A stretch of DNA of 64,000 nucleotides. Origin: Chiloscyllium plagiosum (lineage: Eukaryota). Every line of letters begins with the position of its first letter. Position 1 is the first letter of the stretch. The stretch covers positions 68,554,812 through 68,618,811 of the forward strand of contig NC_057718.1 of the NCBI RefSeq assembly GCF_004010195.1, given 5' to 3'. Shown one piece after another: positions 36,086 to 47,509 of this stretch. The position numbers and the translations under genes were made by a program. The notes under the pieces were generated by a model. The model worked only from the letters and a program-made list of their open reading frames with translations. It was not told the origin of the DNA and did not search any database.

Positions 36086-37979
36086 TAGACCTAGGAAAAG
36101 TTTATGGTCCGTTATTATTACAAATTTACATCCATACCAGTATTGGTGGAACTTCAAATATAACCATCAGACCATCTTTCTTTACACTCTGCATTAGCCA
36201 AAATCCTGGATGCATATGCTATTGGGCATTCCTCTTCATGGTGCCACCTATGAGCTAATAGTACCCCTATGCTATACGGGGAGGCATCATACTTCAGTGC
36301 CAGATCTAGAGGATGATAGCTGTTTCTTCACTTTCCTGAAAGTTGTGGCTAGGTCATGTGAGCATTTCCACGGCTGACCTGTTTTTAACAGTTGATGCAC
36401 AAGTGCCAGGATTGAGGCCAGGTTATGTATGAATTTTCTGTAATAATTCATCAGTCCAAGGAAAGATCTAAGCTCTGGTACAGATGTGGGAGCACATTTG
36501 ATCACTCTCACCTTATCTTCCAATGGGTGTATTTCGGTCTTGTCCACTTTGTTGCCCAAATAGATCACTTTGGGTTCCTGGAACACGCATTTTCCCTTCT
36601 AAAGCATATGCCTGTCTGGGAGAAATGTTTAAGGACCATGTTAAAGCTCTCTAAATGCTTCTTTTTGGCCTTCCTGGTCACCTAGATAAATGGCAACATG
36701 GGATAGACAATATAAAAAATTCTCTATCGTCTGCTGAAAAATTGCACAGGCTGACAATACCCCAAAAGGGAGTCTCCTATATTGGCTACAAACCCTAATA
36801 GGTATCAATTGTAGTCTACTTCTGGGAATTCTCACCTAACCACAATTGAAAGTATGCATGGCTCATGCCCATTTTCACGGATGACAGCTCCCCACCAGCT
36901 TTGCCTATAAATCCTCTATGCGAGGGATTTGATATTTATTCAGCTGCAAAAAGTAGCTTAAAATACCCACAAAGGTGAAAAGAGCGGTCAAGTTTCACAA
37001 TCGGTCCAACCAGTGCTGACCATTCCACAAATTGGACTGTTGGATGATTCCTTTACTTTCTAACCTTCTGATTTGTGCCTCTGCTTTTGCCTGTAAGACG
37101 AATAACACACTGCGCAGGCCTTGCAAAATTATGGTTTTGCTTCCTGATCCATTGATAGTCCCGAGACCGTCTTGATAACCTTCCGAGTTTTTAATTAAGA
37201 CTTCACTCAGACAGCCATTTTCTAATCGAAAAATGTTAAGCCAATGTAGGGACATCTTTCTCAACCAATGTTGTCTCATCAAGCTTGGACCATAGCCTTT
37301 TACTACAATCACTGGTAACCGAAGTTATACCCTTATTCTGTAAAGGTTCCCCAGCATAGGTTCCCAGTCCAGCCAAGGTCTTGCACAAGACAGCAAACTA
37401 ATGTTTCACATCTAGATAATCCTGGTGTTGTGAGGCAGCAGTGCTAACCATTGAACCACCAGGCCATCGTAGAATTTAGAACTGCAAATGTTACCGTTTT
37501 TTTTTTAAATTGTTTTTTGAATTGGTAAGATGGTTGATGAGGATAGTGCAGTTGATGTGGCACTATTGTTGCCATTGACAATCTCAATTGGATGAAGATG
37601 ACATCTGCTAGGCTTCACAATTTGTATGTCCTTAGATGACTCAGCAGAGAGGACAAAAATTACCCAGAAGAGAAATCCTTAAGCTAGAATTCACTGGTGA
37701 GGTACTGCACATGGAACTATTCTTCATATAATCACACATTAGACAAAGGAGAACCAGTGGACGTGATCTATTTGAATCCAGAAGCCTTTGACAAAGGGCT
37801 GCACAGGAGGCTGTTACATAATAACTTGTTCAGGGCAAGGTCCTGGCATGGATAGTGGATTGTCTGACAGGACGAAGGCAGTGACTGAGGATAAAGAGGT
37901 CTTTTTCAGGATGACAGCTGGTGACTATTGGAGTTCTGTGGGGTCAGTGTTGAGACCATAATTATGCACATCATAAAAA

Positions 37980-38185
37980 CACTATGGGCAACCTTTGCAT
38001 AGCTATTTCACCGAATCTGCACATCTTTGAATTGTGGGAGGAAACCAGAGCACCCAGAGGAAACCCACACAGACACTGGGAGAATGTGCAAACTCCACAC
38101 AGACAGTCATACAAGGCTGGAATTGAACCCAGGTTCCTGGTGCTGTGAGGCAGCAGTGCTGACCACTGAACCACCATGTCGCCTG
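37980..38185 (-). mobile_element. HE1-type SINE
   Basis: tRNA-like head and HE1 body. Confidence 0.85.
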
Positions 38186-38221
38186 CAAACATTATGTATT
38201 AACAATCTGGACAAAGGAACT

Positions 38222-38697
38222 TATTATTCATTCACAGGTTGAGGGCATTGCTGGCTAGACTAGCATTTATTGTCCACCCCTAATTGCTCTGAGGACATGA
38301 ATGAATCAGATGGGTTTCTCCAACAATCAACAACAGATTCCATGTGATCATTTGACCCTTAATTCCAGATATTTTTTCATTGAATTCAAATTTTACCTTG
38401 GCAGATTTTGAATCTGGGTCCCCAGAATATTCGAGGAGAAAGTGAGGACTGCAGATGCTGGAGATCAGAGCTGAAAATATGTTGCTGGAAAAGCGCAGCA
38501 GGTCAGGCAGCATCTAAGGAGCAGGAGAATCGACGTTTCGGGCATGAGCCCTTCTGCCCGAAACGTCGATTCTCCTGCTCCTTGGATGCTGCCTGACCTG
38601 CTGCGCTTTTCCAGCAACACATTTTCATCCCCAGAATATTGCCTGGGTCTTGAGATTAGCAGTCTAGCTACAATACCATTAGGCTGTCACCTCCCTG
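38222..38697 (-). mobile_element. tRNA-derived SINE (DeuSINE/SacSINE1-like) with LINE-B tail
   Basis: Tail 38225-38290 matches LINE-B 3' ends; body 38290-38415 matches 27708-27830. Confidence 0.7.
38432..38627 (-). mobile_element. PLE family-1 mini palindromic element
   Basis: TSD tccccagaatatt at 38419-38431 and 38628-38640. Confidence 0.9.
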
Positions 38698-40123
38698 AGG
38701 CAATTGAGGGCATTGGTGCTAAGTTTGCAGATGAGACAAAGACAGGTACAGGGAAAGGTAGTGTTAAGGAAGCAGCGAGACTGCAGAAGGACTTGGTCAA
38801 GCTGGAAGAGTGGGCAAAGAAGGGGCAGATGGCATACAATTTGGAAAGGTGTGAGGTTATACACTTTGCAAAGAATAAAAGAGATATGGACCATTTTCTA
38901 AATGGGGAAAGACTTAGAGACCCTAGTTCAGGCCTCTCTTAAGGTTATGAAGTAGGTTCATTTGGCAGTTAGGAAGACAAAGGCAGTGTTAGTATTTATT
39001 TCAAGTGGGCTAGAATCTAAGAGTAGAGATGTGCTGCTGTGGCTGTATAAGGCTCTGGTCAGATAGCATTTGGAATATTGTAAGCAGTTTTAAGCCCTGT
39101 ATCTAAGGAAGAATGTGCTGGTGTTGAAGGGGGTTCAGAGGAGGTTTACAAAAATAATCCCAGAGATAAAGGGCTTATCACGTGAGAACTCTAGTTCTGA
39201 ACTTAATGGAGTTTAGAAGGATGGGGGGGTTGGGGGGGAGGGGCAGGGGGGAGGTGATCTCATTTAAACTTACAGAATTTTAAGAAGCTTGGATAGAGTG
39301 GAGTGGAAAAGTGGAGTACAGCCTCAGAAAGAAGGATGCCCCTTTAGAACTGAGAAGGAATTTCTTCAGCCAGAGGGTGGTGAATTTGCAAAACTTGTTG
39401 CTGCAGAAGACAGTGGAGGCCAAGACACTGACTGTGTTTAAGACAGAGATATGTTCTTGACTCAAGAAGAAAGGGTTATGAGGAGAAGGCAGAAGAATAG
39501 GGTTGAGAAATATATCAGCTATGATTGAATGATGGAGCAGATTCAATGGGCTGAATGGCCTAGTTTTGTTCCTCTAGCTTATGACTTTATACTCTTATTC
39601 CTCCCATACCTCAATGCCAATTTGTCCATTTTTCAAGTAGGTTTTCAGAGTGTTCTTGTAACATTTTCTCTGCCCTCCTCACAATCAGATGTCATTTTTC
39701 AGTTGTGAAGAAAATGCCCTGTTTTGCAAGCTAATTATGTAAAATACATTTGCACAAAAAATTTAGGAATCGGCCTCTCTAGCTTCCTTTGCCCTTTGAT
39801 ACGAAAATAAGTGATATCAGATTATTGCCTTCCCTCCAAATTTCCACCTACTATTAATGCCCTTTGATTCCTTTGTTAGTTAAAAAAATCTGTCTCCCTC
39901 TTCCTTAAATATTCAGTGACCCTGTCTCCACTGCTCTATGGGGAAAATGTTCGAAAGACTCATGATCCTTAGAGAAAAAAATCTCACTTCTATCTTAAAT
40001 CAGAAACCCATTATTTTTAAACCACCTCTCCTAGTTATTTGTCACAATGGGACCCTCTCAAATCTCCTAAGGATCTTTTGTGTCAATAAGATTGTCCCAT
40101 TCTATGCTAAGGTTGCCCACACC

Positions 40124-40921
40124 AGGTCAGGCAGCATCCGAGGAGCAGAGGAATAAGCCCTTCATCAGGAATGAGGCTTGTGGGCCGGGGAAGCTGAGAG
40201 ATAAATGGGAGGGAAGTGAGGTGGGAGATAAATGGGATGGAGGTGGGGCTGGGGGGGAAGGTAGCTAGGAATGTGATAGCTAGATGAAGGTAGGGGGGAG
40301 AAAGTGATAGTCTGAATGTGGTCTAGAATCCATGCAGGATCAGTTGGTTCCGTAGGCAGGCACTGAGGAAGGAGATGTGGTACTGAGTCTGCTACAAGAC
40401 ATCGCTGAAGAGCCTCAGGGAAGAGGAGATGACCAGAGGGTTCTGAATGTGGTTTGGAGTCCATGCGGGATCAGTCGGTTCCATAAGCAGGCACTGAGGA
40501 AGGAGATGCGGCTGTGGTAGCGAGTCTGGGCTCTTGCCTGAAATGTTGATTTGCCTGTTCCTCGGTTGCTGCCTGACCTGTTGTGCTTTTCCAGCAGGTC
40601 AGTCTCAACCCTTCTTCCTCAGTGCCTGCCTATGGAACCGACTGATCCCGCATGGACTCCGGACCACATTCAGACTATCACCTTTTCCACCCCCCCACCT
40701 TCATCTACCTATCACATTCCCAGATATCCTCCTCACAGCCCGATCCCATCACATTTATCTCTCAGCAACCACCCTCCCAGGCCACAAGACACATTCCGGA
40801 TGAAGGGCTTCTGCCCGAAACTTCAGTTCTTCTGCTCCTCGGATGCTGCCTAACCTACTGTGCATTTCCAGCACCACACTCTCCACTCTGATTTCCAGCA
40901 TCTGCAGTCCTCACTTTTTCC
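40124..40921. mobile_element. Rearranged PLE composite
   Basis: Inverted PLE termini enclose ORF N-terminal pieces (FLSACLWNRLIPHGLRTTF). Confidence 0.75.
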
Positions 40922-41067
40922 TACTCTATACAACTAGTAAAGTTTCTCTATCTTTATACTCAACCCCTTTGCAAGGAACTGCAATATTTAATTTGCCTTC
41001 CTCATCACTTGGTGGATTTGTGTAATTACAGTTTATGATTCATGTACAAGGGCATGCAGACACCTTC

Positions 41068-41217
41068 TAGGAGAAAGTGAGGACTGCAGATGCTGGAGAT
41101 CAGAGCTGAAAATGTGTTCAGAATTCCTGAAGAAGGGCTCATGCCCGAAACGTCGATTCTCCTGCTCCTTGGATGCTGCCTGACCTGCTGCGCTTTTCCA
41201 GCAACACATTTTCAGCT
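41068..41217 (-). mobile_element. PLE family-1 mini element (150 bp)
   Basis: TSD catgcagacaccttc at 41053-41067 and 41218-41232. Confidence 0.9.
41120..41160 (+). ncRNA. Minimal type I hammerhead ribozyme
   Basis: AGAAT(T)C-CTGAAGA-A-GGGC TCAT GCCC-GAAA-CG-TC-GATTCT: intact core with stems I and II. Confidence 0.75.
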
Positions 41218-41564
41218 CATGCAGACACCTTCCCCCACCCCCAGAGTTCTGTAACCTCTCTTCTTTGAAATAATACGTTTTTGTTTTTCTTCCTCCCAAA
41301 ATGGAGAAATTCATACTTCCCCAGATTATACTTCGTTACCATTTTTAGCCATTTCCCTTTATGGATACATCACATTTGCAGCTCCTCACATTTAGAAACA
41401 AAGTCAGCAATGAGCTGAGAGACTCAAAGAGAGGAAGTCAAAATAAAATTGGCCAACAGCTCCAGTAGAACAGTTTCTGCTTCTGAAGTTTTTTTTTCTA
41501 AGCAACTCGAGACTTCTGCTTCCCCTGGCTGTTTTGGAGACTGTTTAACTAATGGCACTTCTGT

Positions 41565-42141
41565 TATTATAAGGTTAAAAAAATCACACAACACCAGGTT
41601 ATAGTCCAACAGGTTTAATTGGAAGCACACTATTTTCGGAGCGACGCTCCTTTATCAGGTGATTGTGGAGGGCTCGATCGTAACACAGAATTTATTGCAA
41701 AAATTTGCAGTGTGATGTAACTGAAATTATACATTGAAAAATTGATTGTCTGTTAAGTGATAGTTTCACTTCTTTCATGTGTAAATCACAAAACCCTTTT
41801 TTTTAAAGTTACATTCTTGGGTTAGCTGTTAACAATGGTGATAGCTGGACAATATGTTGAAGGTGTTAGCCCCCTGTGTTCTCTGTCTATGACCTGATGT
41901 TTAGATTGATTCCAATCTAAAAAGTGAGATAACCGAGTTTTACATAAATTCATGCAGTTTTTGAGCTCAGAGTTCTACATGAATGTATGTTGTTTTTGAG
42001 CAAATTGCAATGTAAACTTGCNNNNNNNNNNNNNNNNNNNNNNNNNNNNNNNNNNNNNNNNNNNNNNNNNNNNNNNNNNNNNNNNNNNNNNNNNNNNNNN
42101 NNNNNNNNNNNNNTGTGTGTGTGTGTGTGTGTAGGAATATC

Positions 42142-42176
<35 letters not shown>

Positions 42177-42358
42177 TGCAATGGTGATCACCTGTAATGT
42201 GACATGAACCCAAGGTCCCGGTTGAGGCCCTCCCTATGGGTACCGAACTTAGCTATCAGCCTCTGTTCGGCCACTTTCCTCTGCTGCCTGTCCCGAAGAC
42301 CACCTTGGAGGATGGTCACCGAAGGTCCGAGGCTGAATGTCCTGGACCACTGAAGATA
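41565..42358 (-). mobile_element. PLE family 2 3' end
   Basis: Reverse complement of 44990-45878 and 11400-12076; hammerhead-like motif at 41628-41661. Confidence 0.85.
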
Positions 42359-42612
42359 TGGAGATACTGGCAGTCATGTCCTCATCTACTGCTCTCATAT
42401 CTGATTTATTGCCCACATTACCAAATTCACCAATGGGGATCGGCCACTTTCCTCTGCTGCCTGTCCCGAAGACCACCTTGGAGGATGGCACCCGAAGGTC
42501 CGAGGCTGAATGTCCTGGACCACTGAAGATATGGAGATAATGGCAGTCATGTCCTCATCTACTGCTCTCACATCTGATTTATTGCCCACATTACCAAATT
42601 CACCAATGGGGA
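42267..42612. repeat. 173-bp tandem duplication
   Basis: 42267-42439 and 42440-42612 with a few substitutions. Confidence 0.9.
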
Positions 42613-42692
42613 GGATGCAAGATTCCGTCCCATAGAAACATCTCTCTTCTGACTAATGTGGAGAAGATACTCATAGGAATCCTCCTGATCCT

Positions 42693-43010
42693 GTGGCACA
42701 GTGATACGCATTAATGGTTGACAGGACCAGGGACCCAGGTTTGATTCCAGCCTTAGGCAACTGTATGTGTGAAGTTTGCACATTCTCCCAGTGTCTGCAT
42801 GGGTTTCTGCCAGATGCTCCAGTTTCCTCCCACAGTCCAAAGATGTGGACTAGTCATGCTAAATTGCCCCATAGTGTCCAGGGGTGTGTAGGTTAGATGG
42901 ACTAACCATGGTTAATTTGGGGTTATGGGGTTAGGGTGGGATGCTCTTCAAAGGGGCAGTACAGACTCAATGAGCCGAATGCCCTCATTCTGTACTGCAG
43001 AGATTCTATA
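42693..43010 (+). mobile_element. HE1-type SINE
   Basis: Degenerate head, HE1 body and gattctat tail. Confidence 0.8.
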
Positions 43011-43099
43011 ACCACCTCCTACTCATTAGTATTATGGTTTCTGGCCATTCAGGGGAATCACATATGATTTTGTATTTCAGAAAACCAAAATATGGAATA

Positions 43100-44110
43100 G
43101 AGCATGGTTCTAAAGATCTGTCAAAGGCCTTTGACTACAATGAAATTTGGAAAATTCTCCACAGACTTGGATAGCTGATAAAATTTGTTAATATTCTGCA
43201 TTTCACACATGACAGTTTTCTTTGAAAAGATTTGGACTGAGCCCTTTTGTATCCAGTAAGCATCAAGCAAGGTTGCATGTTTGCACCAACTGCCTTCACT
43301 ACATCAGCCTGATTGTTCTTAACCAGCTACCACAAGAGGTCATGACTGAGTTTTGACTTGATAGAAACTTTTTCAATGAGGTAAAAACAATGACTGCAGA
43401 TGCTGGAAACCAGATTCTGGATTAGTGGTGCTGGAAGAGCACAGGAGTTCAGGCAGCATCAAGGAGCTTCGAAATCGACGTTTTGGGCAAAAACCCTTCA
43501 TCAGGAACAAAGGCAGTGAGCCTGGAGCGTGGAGAGATAAGCTAGAGGAGGGTGGGGGTGGGGAGAAAGTNNNNNNNNNNNNNNNNNNNNNNNNNNNNNN
43601 NNNNNNNNNNNNNNNNNNNNNNNNNNNNNNNNNNNNNNNNNNNNNNNNNNNNNNNNNNNNNNNNNNNNNNNNNNNNNNNNNNNNNNNNNNNNNNNNNNNN
43701 AAACTTCCAGCTCAGCACTGTCCCCATGACTTGTCCGGACTTGTCCTACCTGCCTATCTCCTTTTCCACCTATCCACTCCACCCTCTCCTCCCTGACCTA
43801 TCACCTTCATCCCCTCCGCACTTACAAATTGTACTCTATGCTACTTTCTCCCCACCCCCATCCTCCTCTAGCTTATCTCTCCACGCTCCAGGCTCACTGC
43901 CTTTGTTCCAGAAGGGCTTTTGCCCAAAACGTCGATTTCGAAGCTCCTTGGATGCTGCCTGGACTGCTGTGCTCTTCCAGCACCACTAATCCAGAAACTT
44001 TTTCAACTTAAACAGACTGAGATTCAAGACAAGTTTAATCTTCCAGCATTTCCACAATGTAAGAATATGACTGAACAATTTTGGCTTGCAGCATAAGCAA
44101 AAATTAGACT
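43100..44110 (+). mobile_element. RTE RT remnant interrupted by a PLE
   Basis: DLSKAFD..ILHRLG..KFVNIL; KQGCMFAPT. Confidence 0.55.
43377..43992 (-). mobile_element. PLE fold-back element (family-1 variant)
   Basis: TSD agaaactttttcaa at 43363-43376 and 43993-44006; inverted arms. Confidence 0.9.
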
Positions 44111-44589
44111 ATCTTTCTGAAAAGGCCACATTGATCTAAGCTTTGTGTCTTGCACTCATCAAGACAATTAGCAACAAATACTAAAGTAATTGAAAAACAA
44201 CATTTATACAATGAAAGAAAAGTGCTGATTGGTTAGCAAGTGTACTCTGATTGGTAAAGATGTTGCCATGGAGAATGCACTAGTCAACAATGAATGATGT
44301 TTAATTGCCTCTCTTTGTTTAAATTTTAAACATTGCAGATAGATTCAGATTGATCAAGACTTTGCCCCAAGAAATGAACCTGAAAATGGCTGTCACCTGA
44401 ACTTGGTGCATTGTCCATTGCAATGTCTCTACAAATCAGAAACCACTTGCACTGTGGTAGTTTTATAATTGCAGTCATGTCTTGGACCTCAAAACTGGCA
44501 TCTGGCCTTGTAAAGGGTGCCCAAAATTCAGTAATCCAATGAAATTTTGCAATTCTTCCATTTCAGTTTTTGAAGTCACTACATCTTCT

Positions 44590-45878
44590 CATGAGAGATA
44601 GTGAGGACTGCAGATGCTGGAGTTAGAGTAGGTAGCTACGCATGGTTGATACAGCATGGAGCGGAGGATCGGGAAAGAGAATCATTGTTGAAGGTTTTGG
44701 ATTTGTAATGTATACTGGGTATCCTGTTCAGGTCCAAACTGTGTTGGTCTGAATGTGTCCCGAGTCCATGTGGGATCAGACGGTTCCGTAGGCAGGTACT
44801 CTGGACCACATTCAGACCAACACAGTTTGGACTTGAACAGGATACCCAGTATACACTACAAATCCATGTAGTGTATGCGTGTGTGTCTTTCTGGGGTGGG
44901 GGTTTGTGAGTGTGAGAGATATGTGTGTGCATGTGAGTGTCGAGGGTGCATGTGTGAGTGTGTGTGTCTGTAGGAGTGTGTGTGTGTGTTCCGCACCTAC
45001 AGGGAGGGCCTCAACCAGGACCTTGAGTTCATGCACACTACAGGTGACCACCATTGCACTATATACACACACAGACACTCCTACACATACACGCACACAC
45101 TCCTATACACACACACGCATTCCTATACACACACATACACGTATACACACTCACATGCACTTCTATAGACACGCATCCTCTCACAGACTTAGACCACTTT
45201 ACACTCACGCGCACACACACACATATGCAATCTCTCTCACTCACAACCCCCACTCCACAGGTACACACACTCCCACCTGCACCCTCTCACAGACTTTGAT
45301 CACTTTACATTCATGCACACACACATATACACTCTCTCTCACACACTCACAACCCCCCCACCCCAGAAAGACACAAACACAGACACACACATATATGGGG
45401 TGAATTTGTACTTGCAGAGTTACATTGTACTTTGCTCAAAAACTGCATGAATCCATGTAAGATTCTGTTAACTCACTTAGATTAGAATCAGTCTAAACAT
45501 TATGGCACAGACAGGGAACACAGGGGGCTAACACCTTCAACATATTATCTGGCTGACACCAATTATTACAGCTAACCTCAGAATGTAACCTTTAAAAAAG
45601 CTTTGTGATTTACACATGAAAGAAGTGAAACTATCATGGTATTCTAACAGATGAAAGACTCAACAAACAATCAAGGTATTTTTCAATATATAGTTTCAGT
45701 TACATCACACTATAAACTTTTGCTATAAATTCTGTGTCTTACAATTGTGTCCTCCACAACCACCTGATGAAGGCGCTCCGAAAGCTAGTGCTTCCAACTA
45801 AACCTGTTGGACTATAACCTGGTGTTGTGTGATTTTTAACTTTGTACACCCCAGTCCAACACTGGCATCTCCAAATCA
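44590..45878 (+). mobile_element. Chimeric PLE: family-1 end, ORF N-terminal hairpin and family-2 3' end
   Basis: GLNQDLEFM, CA-rich UTR and terminal repeat; see finding on this interval. Confidence 0.75.
45761..45790 (+). ncRNA. Minimal type I hammerhead ribozyme (family 2, shortened stem II)
   Basis: CAC-CTGATGA-AGGCGCTCC-GAAA-GC-TA-GTG. Confidence 0.65.
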
Positions 45879-46489
45879 TCTACTTGTTAAATACCTTGTA
45901 ACTGGGCCTTTATCCCTTTAAGAAACCAATTGTCAAAACAATGCTTAAGTGAAATTGCATGAATGAATGAATGAAACTCACATCTGCAAATAGTAAACAG
46001 ATCTCACAACCCAGCTGCAGTAATTAGTTTGATATCCTTTATTCTTTTATTAAGTACAAGTACAATTTCTAACTTATTTAGAGCATATAGGCCTAGTATT
46101 TTTACTAACATTTACTAAAAAGACAAAAGGACTTAAACCTCTTAATTATGTGAGCAGACCAGACAGACACTCTTAATCCCATCAGAAGTATCAGCCAGCG
46201 CTCAGAACATGTTTTAGCCTATCTCCTGTCTCTCAGGACAGAAGCCCCTCAAACCTCTGTGTACTACAGATGAAACAATGTAACACCATAGTAATATAAT
46301 TATAATATATGTAAGAACTGTGCATAAAGGGCTTTTGTAAGAAATGTATTTTGGAATTCTATTGCTGCCTTGAACTTGTGCTACTTGCATTTTTTGAACA
46401 AGAGGCTATTTTCACCACTCACTGATTTTGGTCAGTATTTGAACACAATCCAACACACTGATGCATAATACTTGTTTAATATTGCCCCC

Positions 46490-47470
46490 ATCTCCTATGG
46501 TTCCACACATAGGCTGCCTTGCTCATGTTTGAGGGGCCCTATTTTCTCCTGAGTGATCCTTTTGTCCTTATGAATCTATAAAATCCCTTTGGATTCTCCT
46601 CAATCCTGTTTGCCAAAGCTATCTCATGTCCCCTTTTTGTTTTGCCCTCTTGATTTCCCTCTTAGGTATACTCCTACTGCCTTTATACTCTTCTAAGGAT
46701 TCACTCGATATCTGCTGTCTATATCTGACATATGGTTCCTTCTTTTTTCTTGACCAGAACCTCAATTTCTTTCATCATCCAGTTGCCTTACACCTACCAG
46801 CCTTGCCTTTCACTCTAATAGAAACATATTGTCTCTGGACTCTTGTTATCTAATTTTAGAAGGTTTCCCATTTTCCAGCTGTCCCTTTACCTGCAACATC
46901 CACCCTCAATCAACTTCTGAAGGTTCTTGCCTAATTCTGTCAAAATTGGCATCCCTCCAATTTAGAATTTCAACTTTTAGATCCAGTCTATCCTTTTTCA
47001 TAACTATTTTAAAACTAACAGAATTATGGTCGCTGGCCCCAAAGTGCTCCCCCACTGACCCCCCAGTCACTTGCTCTGCCAAGAGTAGGCTTTGCACCTT
47101 TCCCAGTAGGTACATTCACATACTAAATCAGAAATTTTTCTTGTATACACTTAACACATTCCTCTCTATCTAAACCCTGAATACTATGGCAATCCAAGTC
47201 TATGGTTGGAAAGTTAAAATCCCTTTCCATAACCACCTTATTATTCTTATGGATAACTGAGATCTCCTTCCAAATCTGTTTCTCAATTTCCTGCTGACTA
47301 TTGTTGGGTCTATAGTACAATCCCAGTAAGGAGATCATCCCTTTCTTTGTTCTCAGTTTCACCCTAAGTACAGCCATAATGTTATCCTGTACTAGAAATG
47401 CCACTCCTCCTCTTCTCTTACTGTCTTTTCTAACCTTTGTATATCATTTGTATCCTGGAACATTAAGCTG
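46490..47470 (-). mobile_element. CR1 APE endonuclease fragment
   Basis: LGLYYRPNNS, DFNFPTID, GEHFGASDHNSVSF. Confidence 0.85.
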
Positions 47471-47509
47471 CTAATCCTCCCATCCTCTGATTCCATCCCC
47501 ACCCCCAAC

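Larger units (their letters stand above)
34245..37400 (-). mobile_element. Gypsy (Mag/K02A2.6-like) internal region PR-RT-RH-IN, degenerate, 5'-truncated
   Basis: QYRRLPFGVLSACAIFQ; ELRSFLGLMNYYRKFI; ANADALS; WPAKPWTRLHI.YAGPFMG; KHVDHMK. Confidence 0.9.
37735..39590 (+). mobile_element. CR1 RT and 3' UTR interrupted by SINEs
   Basis: KAFDK; AKFADETK..RLQKDL; CR1 3' UTR. Confidence 0.8.
39770..41390 (-). mobile_element. Old CR1 3' fragment split by PLE insertions
   Basis: CR1 3' UTR and RT C-terminal similarity at 39770-40100 and 40925-41390. Confidence 0.55.
5282..43700. other. Assembly gaps at 5282-5710, 15373-15678, 32970-33469, 42022-42113 and 43571-43700
   Basis: N runs. Confidence 1.
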
